From the IMG/VR virus record IMGVR_UViG_3300042691_032227: 64,000 nt of DNA; one strand, written 5' to 3'. A program made the position numbers and the translations under genes. This DNA is from an uncultured virus (IMG/VR IMGVR_UViG_3300042691_032227). Its lineage: Duplodnaviria > Heunggongvirae > Uroviricota > Caudoviricetes. Under the pieces are notes generated by a model. The model saw only the letters and a program-made list of their open reading frames with translations, was not told the origin of the DNA and ran no database searches. Below, in pieces: positions 60,386 through 64,000 of this stretch (its first letter is position 1; each line of letters starts with the position of its first letter).

Positions 60386-61270
60386 ATGCATAAGAAAGCA
60401 AAACATTCAAAATTCAAGAATGCTGGAATATTGTTTGAACTTCTTACGCGTCAAATTACTGCAGATATTTTGGCGGGTAGGGATGAGACGTTCACTAAAA
60501 ATTTGATGTTTAAGTACTTCCACGAAAGTAAGGAACTTGGCAAAGAAGCACAGTTATACAATTTTGTACTACAACAAACCAGCAAGGATGCAAACGCAGC
60601 AGAACGTATTCTAAACGTAGTACTACAAACACGTTCTAAATTAGATGAACGTGAACTAAACAAACAAAAGTACAACGTAATCAAAGAAATAAAAGAAAAG
60701 TATAATATTGATGAATTTTTGAAGAACAAGATTCCCAATTATAAACTGTACGCTTCTATTTATAAATTATTTGAAAATCAAGCAGAACAAGAAGTTAAAT
60801 TTGATGTACAAGAATTGGTAGAGTCGAGAGAATATATTATTGAAAATTTGACCAAAGAAAAGAAGAACAGTGAAGAGAGTTTGGATGTTTATGGAAGTCA
60901 AAGTGCAGAAGTAAGATTGTTAGCTTATAAGTTCTTGATTGAAAATTTCAATACCAAGTATAGTAATTTGTTACCAGCACAAAAGAAACTACTTAAAGAA
61001 TATATTACAAATATTAGCAATTCAAGTAAATTTACTAAATTTGTGAATGAAGAATATAAGAGAGTAAGTCTCATACTAAAAGATACTCTTCAAACAGTTA
61101 ATTCAGACATTGTAAAGATTAAGATCACTGAAGTTGTTAATCAATTTACAAATAAAAGCGTTACTGGTGTAGTAAAAGAAAATCAATTAACTTCATTGTT
61201 GAATGCATATGAATTGGTTGAAGAACTTGAAAAGTTAAAGAATGAAGCCACACCTAAGAAAGAAAGTTAA
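60386..61270 (+). CDS. Hypothetical protein, head-assembly cluster
   Basis: Helical 294-aa ORF between portal and protease; TATTTATA upstream. Confidence 0.7.
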   Translation: MHKKAKHSKFKNAGILFELLTRQITADILAGRDETFTKNLMFKYFHESKELGKEAQLYNFVLQQTSKDANAAERILNVVLQTRSKLDERELNKQKYNVIKEIKEKYNIDEFLKNKIPNYKLYASIYKLFENQAEQEVKFDVQELVESREYIIENLTKEKKNSEESLDVYGSQSAEVRLLAYKFLIENFNTKYSNLLPAQKKLLKEYITNISNSSKFTKFVNEEYKRVSLILKDTLQTVNSDIVKIKITEVVNQFTNKSVTGVVKENQLTSLLNAYELVEELEKLKNEATPKKES

Positions 61271-62210
61271 GGCACTCTTAAATAAATTAAGAGCAAAAAA
61301 CGAAGCCAGTACTACAGGTACTATGCCAGTTGCTTCAGGTCCAGTTGCAGTAGGTGGAGATGCAGCTAGAACACCTTTTGCTTTTTCCAAGAGAGGCGCA
61401 AGACCAGCTACTTATACTCAATTAGGATATAAATTAGCAAAACCAGTTAAAAGAAGTCCTGGTTATAAGTTGGAAAATCAAATGTATAGTGAACCAGCAT
61501 TTGTTACTCCAGCATTTAACATTGAGCCGGTTGATACATATATTGATAAAAACGGATTAGTACAACACAACGATCCTAATTTAGATCCTAATTTAATTGG
61601 GTATAAACAAGGTAGTTTGCCGTTTACAGAGGGATTTAATGGATTAAAGTACGAACAAGAAACTCCACAAGCTGTTCAGCCACCTCCACAACAACCATCT
61701 ACACAGCCTACACAAAAACCCCAAGCACAACCATCTGTAGATGTAAAGAATTATGATGTGTTGCCTGATTTTACAGCATTTGATACTAAACTAAAAAGTA
61801 GTACCGAAACTTTAAAGAATAATTTACAAAAGACTATTCAAGACAAAATTTTAGGTAAAAAGATTGTTGTAAGAGCTAGTAAAGGATACAAACAACCAGA
61901 AACGGATTATACAATCAATGTTACCGGAGTAGCAATTGATTATTACTATGATAGATATGTTATTATCATTATAGGCCGTGAAGAAAATAAACAGAAAGTT
62001 GCTAAGTTCTTTATTAAGCCTGGATTTTCAATCAAAATATTAGGTTCTGCTGATCTAAAACCTAAAGATAAATATCAAGTAGCTAAATCACAAGCTCTTG
62101 TTAATCCACAACAATCAGCTACACCAACAAATACGGTGACATCGGATGAAGAAGAAACACCTTCTGAACCCGAAGCTGAACAACAACCTTCTACACAACC
62201 GAAAGTATAA
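61242..62210 (+). CDS. Hypothetical protein with Pro/Gln-rich linkers, head cluster
   Basis: 322-aa ORF upstream of the prohead protease. Confidence 0.7.
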   Translation: MKPHLRKKVKALLNKLRAKNEASTTGTMPVASGPVAVGGDAARTPFAFSKRGARPATYTQLGYKLAKPVKRSPGYKLENQMYSEPAFVTPAFNIEPVDTYIDKNGLVQHNDPNLDPNLIGYKQGSLPFTEGFNGLKYEQETPQAVQPPPQQPSTQPTQKPQAQPSVDVKNYDVLPDFTAFDTKLKSSTETLKNNLQKTIQDKILGKKIVVRASKGYKQPETDYTINVTGVAIDYYYDRYVIIIIGREENKQKVAKFFIKPGFSIKILGSADLKPKDKYQVAKSQALVNPQQSATPTNTVTSDEEETPSEPEAEQQPSTQPKV

Positions 62211-62211
62211 T

Positions 62212-62814
62212 ATGAAACAAGTATTAATTGATGTAATGCCATTTGAGTTTAAAAAGTCCGCCTTGAATGAATCTCTCAAGGACGGAAAATTACTCGTCAG
62301 TGGCGTACTACAAAGAGCGGATGCAAAAAATCAAAACGGCAGAGTTTATCCGGAGGATGTCTTGAAGAGAGAATCTGAAAAATACATGCAGAACTTTGTA
62401 AAACAACGTCGTGCTATGGGTGAACTTGATCATCCAGAATCTTCAGTCGTTAATTTAAAGAATGTAAGTCACAATATCGTTGATATGGGATGGGACGGTA
62501 AAGACTTAGTTGGAACCGTTGAAATTTTACCAACACCAAGTGGTAACATTTTAAGAGATTTACTACAATCTGGTATTTTATTGGGAATCAGCAGTCGTGG
62601 TCTAGGATCTGTAAAGAAAGATATGAGAGAAGGTGCTGATGTTGTACAAGATGACTTTGATTTAATTGCCTTTGACTTTGTAAGCAATCCTAGTACACAA
62701 GGCGCTTTCATGTATCCACAAGGTAAGATCAATGAAAGTGTAGAACAAAAAATAATTATTAACCCATATAGTAATGTTGAAAGAATTATCCACAACATTC
62801 TATCAGAACTATAA
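62212..62814 (+). CDS. Prohead core protease (T4 gp21-like)
   Basis: NQNGRVYP, AMGELDHP, VSH, GISSRGLGS, DFVSNPS; ATG at 62212 follows upstream stop. Confidence 0.93.
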   Translation: MKQVLIDVMPFEFKKSALNESLKDGKLLVSGVLQRADAKNQNGRVYPEDVLKRESEKYMQNFVKQRRAMGELDHPESSVVNLKNVSHNIVDMGWDGKDLVGTVEILPTPSGNILRDLLQSGILLGISSRGLGSVKKDMREGADVVQDDFDLIAFDFVSNPSTQGAFMYPQGKINESVEQKIIINPYSNVERIIHNILSEL

Positions 62815-62826
62815 TATTTATAAAGT

Positions 62827-63264
62827 ATGAAATTAAAACATTTACTAGAAAATTCTACTGAACACGCATATACTCCACTTACCGTATATGAAAAGAAGAA
62901 CATGGTTGAAACCATTAAGGCTTATAACGAATATCGTAAGGGATTGAAAGCTGATGGAGTTTATGCTACTGCTCAAAAAATAATGGAAGCTGTAAATTTG
63001 GCTGAACGTTATGCTTTGAAAGAATGTGGCGATTGGATGGAAGCTAAGATGGTAGAACGTGATATGAAAGAAATCAAACGTGATGCCGCTAAGATGTACG
63101 AAGAAGCACAAAAGATGAAAGCCATTGAAAAACAACTAGAAATGTTGTATGAAGAAGTGGGTCGTCGTTTGGAAAGATATTTTGAAATTGCCGACCCAGC
63201 ACAAATTTCACCACAATCAAATGAAGTTAAAGCTTCGTCCACTTCATCGGAATTGAGTCAATAA
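62827..63264 (+). CDS. Hypothetical protein
   Basis: 145-aa helical ORF, MKLKHLLE N-terminus, TATTTATA at 62815. Confidence 0.72.
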   Translation: MKLKHLLENSTEHAYTPLTVYEKKNMVETIKAYNEYRKGLKADGVYATAQKIMEAVNLAERYALKECGDWMEAKMVERDMKEIKRDAAKMYEEAQKMKAIEKQLEMLYEEVGRRLERYFEIADPAQISPQSNEVKASSTSSELSQ

Positions 63265-63700
63265 ATTCCAACATTTTATCGAACGTTTCAAAAACGTATT
63301 TTCTATTAGTTTCAATAACATAACCTTCGTCAGTTTTATAGACGAAGGTTTTTATTTTTTCATTTTCCATTTTAATTGACGGTACTTCAATTTCACTAAA
63401 CATTTTGTAGTCGTCATCAATTCTAAAGTTCATTTCTCCCAATATATCAAGTTCTTTAAAGTCCCAACCATTTGGGTGGTCAATATCTTCCAATTTATAA
63501 ATCTTTACATCTTCTTCAAAGTTATCTGTATTGATAAAGTTTATTAATTTTGGACTTTTATGATTATTATAGTTGTTATTTAACGCACGAACATCTGGAT
63601 TAGAATATGGAGTTTCATTTCCGGTTCTCTTGATATTTTTATATGTATCCTTGGATTGATTCATGTGTCTGTTGAAATTAGGATTAAAATTGTATGGCAT
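63227..63700 (-). CDS. Hypothetical protein
   Basis: 157-aa reverse-strand ORF converging on 62827. Confidence 0.7.
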   Translation of the reverse strand: MPYNFNPNFNRHMNQSKDTYKNIKRTGNETPYSNPDVRALNNNYNNHKSPKLINFINTDNFEEDVKIYKLEDIDHPNGWDFKELDILGEMNFRIDDDYKMFSEIEVPSIKMENEKIKTFVYKTDEGYVIETNRKYVFETFDKMLEFIDSIPMKWTKL

Positions 63701-63701
63701 A

Positions 63702-64000
63702 TTAAATGGATCCTAGGGTTGTATTAATACGATCAATAAAGTCTGCTAGTGTTTTTGTTTTGTCAGCAATATCTTTATCATCAAAACTGTTGCTCAATAA
63801 ATCGAGAATTTCTTTTTCAGGTTTGTCTGGAAACGATCTTTCTATAAAACAAGCGTATTTGTATGTACCGTCGTTTTTATCAACTAGTTTTTTAAATACA
63901 AATTTTTTGTTTGTATTGTTGCTGCTAATTTCGGTATATACTTCATTTGTATTTTTGTTGTTTTTAAATGAAGTTTTGCCGAATCCAGCAAATCCATTTT
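63702..64000 (-). CDS. Partial hypothetical protein (3' end)
   Basis: Open reverse frame ...NGFAGFGKTSF...RINTTLGSI-stop ending just before the ATG of ORF 63700. Confidence 0.65.
   Translation of the reverse strand, partial: NGFAGFGKTSFKNNKNTNEVYTEISSNNTNKKFVFKKLVDKNDGTYKYACFIERSFPDKPEKEILDLLSNSFDDKDIADKTKTLADFIDRINTTLGSI

Noticed and set aside
62146..62211. ORF-track start of the prohead protease at 62146
   Set aside because: Overlaps the upstream gene; ATG 62212 right after its stop fits better (similarly 3097, 28799 and 43517 preferred over track starts)
62469..63242. Reverse-strand ORFs over protease and ORF 62827, and other short nested ORFs in the track
   Set aside because: Fully overlap well-supported + strand genes and lack recognisable motifs
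1..64000. Stop-codon reassignment
   Set aside because: Genes are full length and tightly packed under the standard code, with TAA and TGA both used as stops; TAG usage was not tallied

Overview
AT-rich, densely coding, almost entirely + strand segment of a large T4-like (contractile-tailed) bacteriophage genome; standard genetic code; no tRNA, rRNA, CRISPR or mobile element seen. It carries PhoH, Hsp20, a gp55-like late sigma factor, a tail-fibre/baseplate cluster (spike, gp25-, gp6-, gp7-like), RuvC-like resolvase, primase, a fused SbcD-SbcC (gp47-gp46) nuclease, an enlarged tail sheath, large terminase, portal and prohead protease. The most notable element is a candidate phage-encoded virion protein O-glycosylation system. 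A structural protein with a ~400-aa mucin-like Thr/Ser/Pro tract lies directly upstream of a tandem GT60-like (polypeptide alpha-GlcNAc transferase) gene and a glycan cassette, which appears to sit between two halves of a split baseplate-type gene. A second cassette encodes an Aah/TibC-like protein O-heptosyltransferase next to a Ser-Gly-Ser-rich tail sheath. Other signals: a TA(T/C)TTAT(A/T) motif usually 3-7 nt before start codons (probable late promoter, implying leaderless mRNAs), shared capsid-targeting-like N-termini on a ligase-like and a flavodoxin-like protein, and a glycine-zipper protein beside the spike. All functional calls come from motif recognition by eye; no database searches were run.
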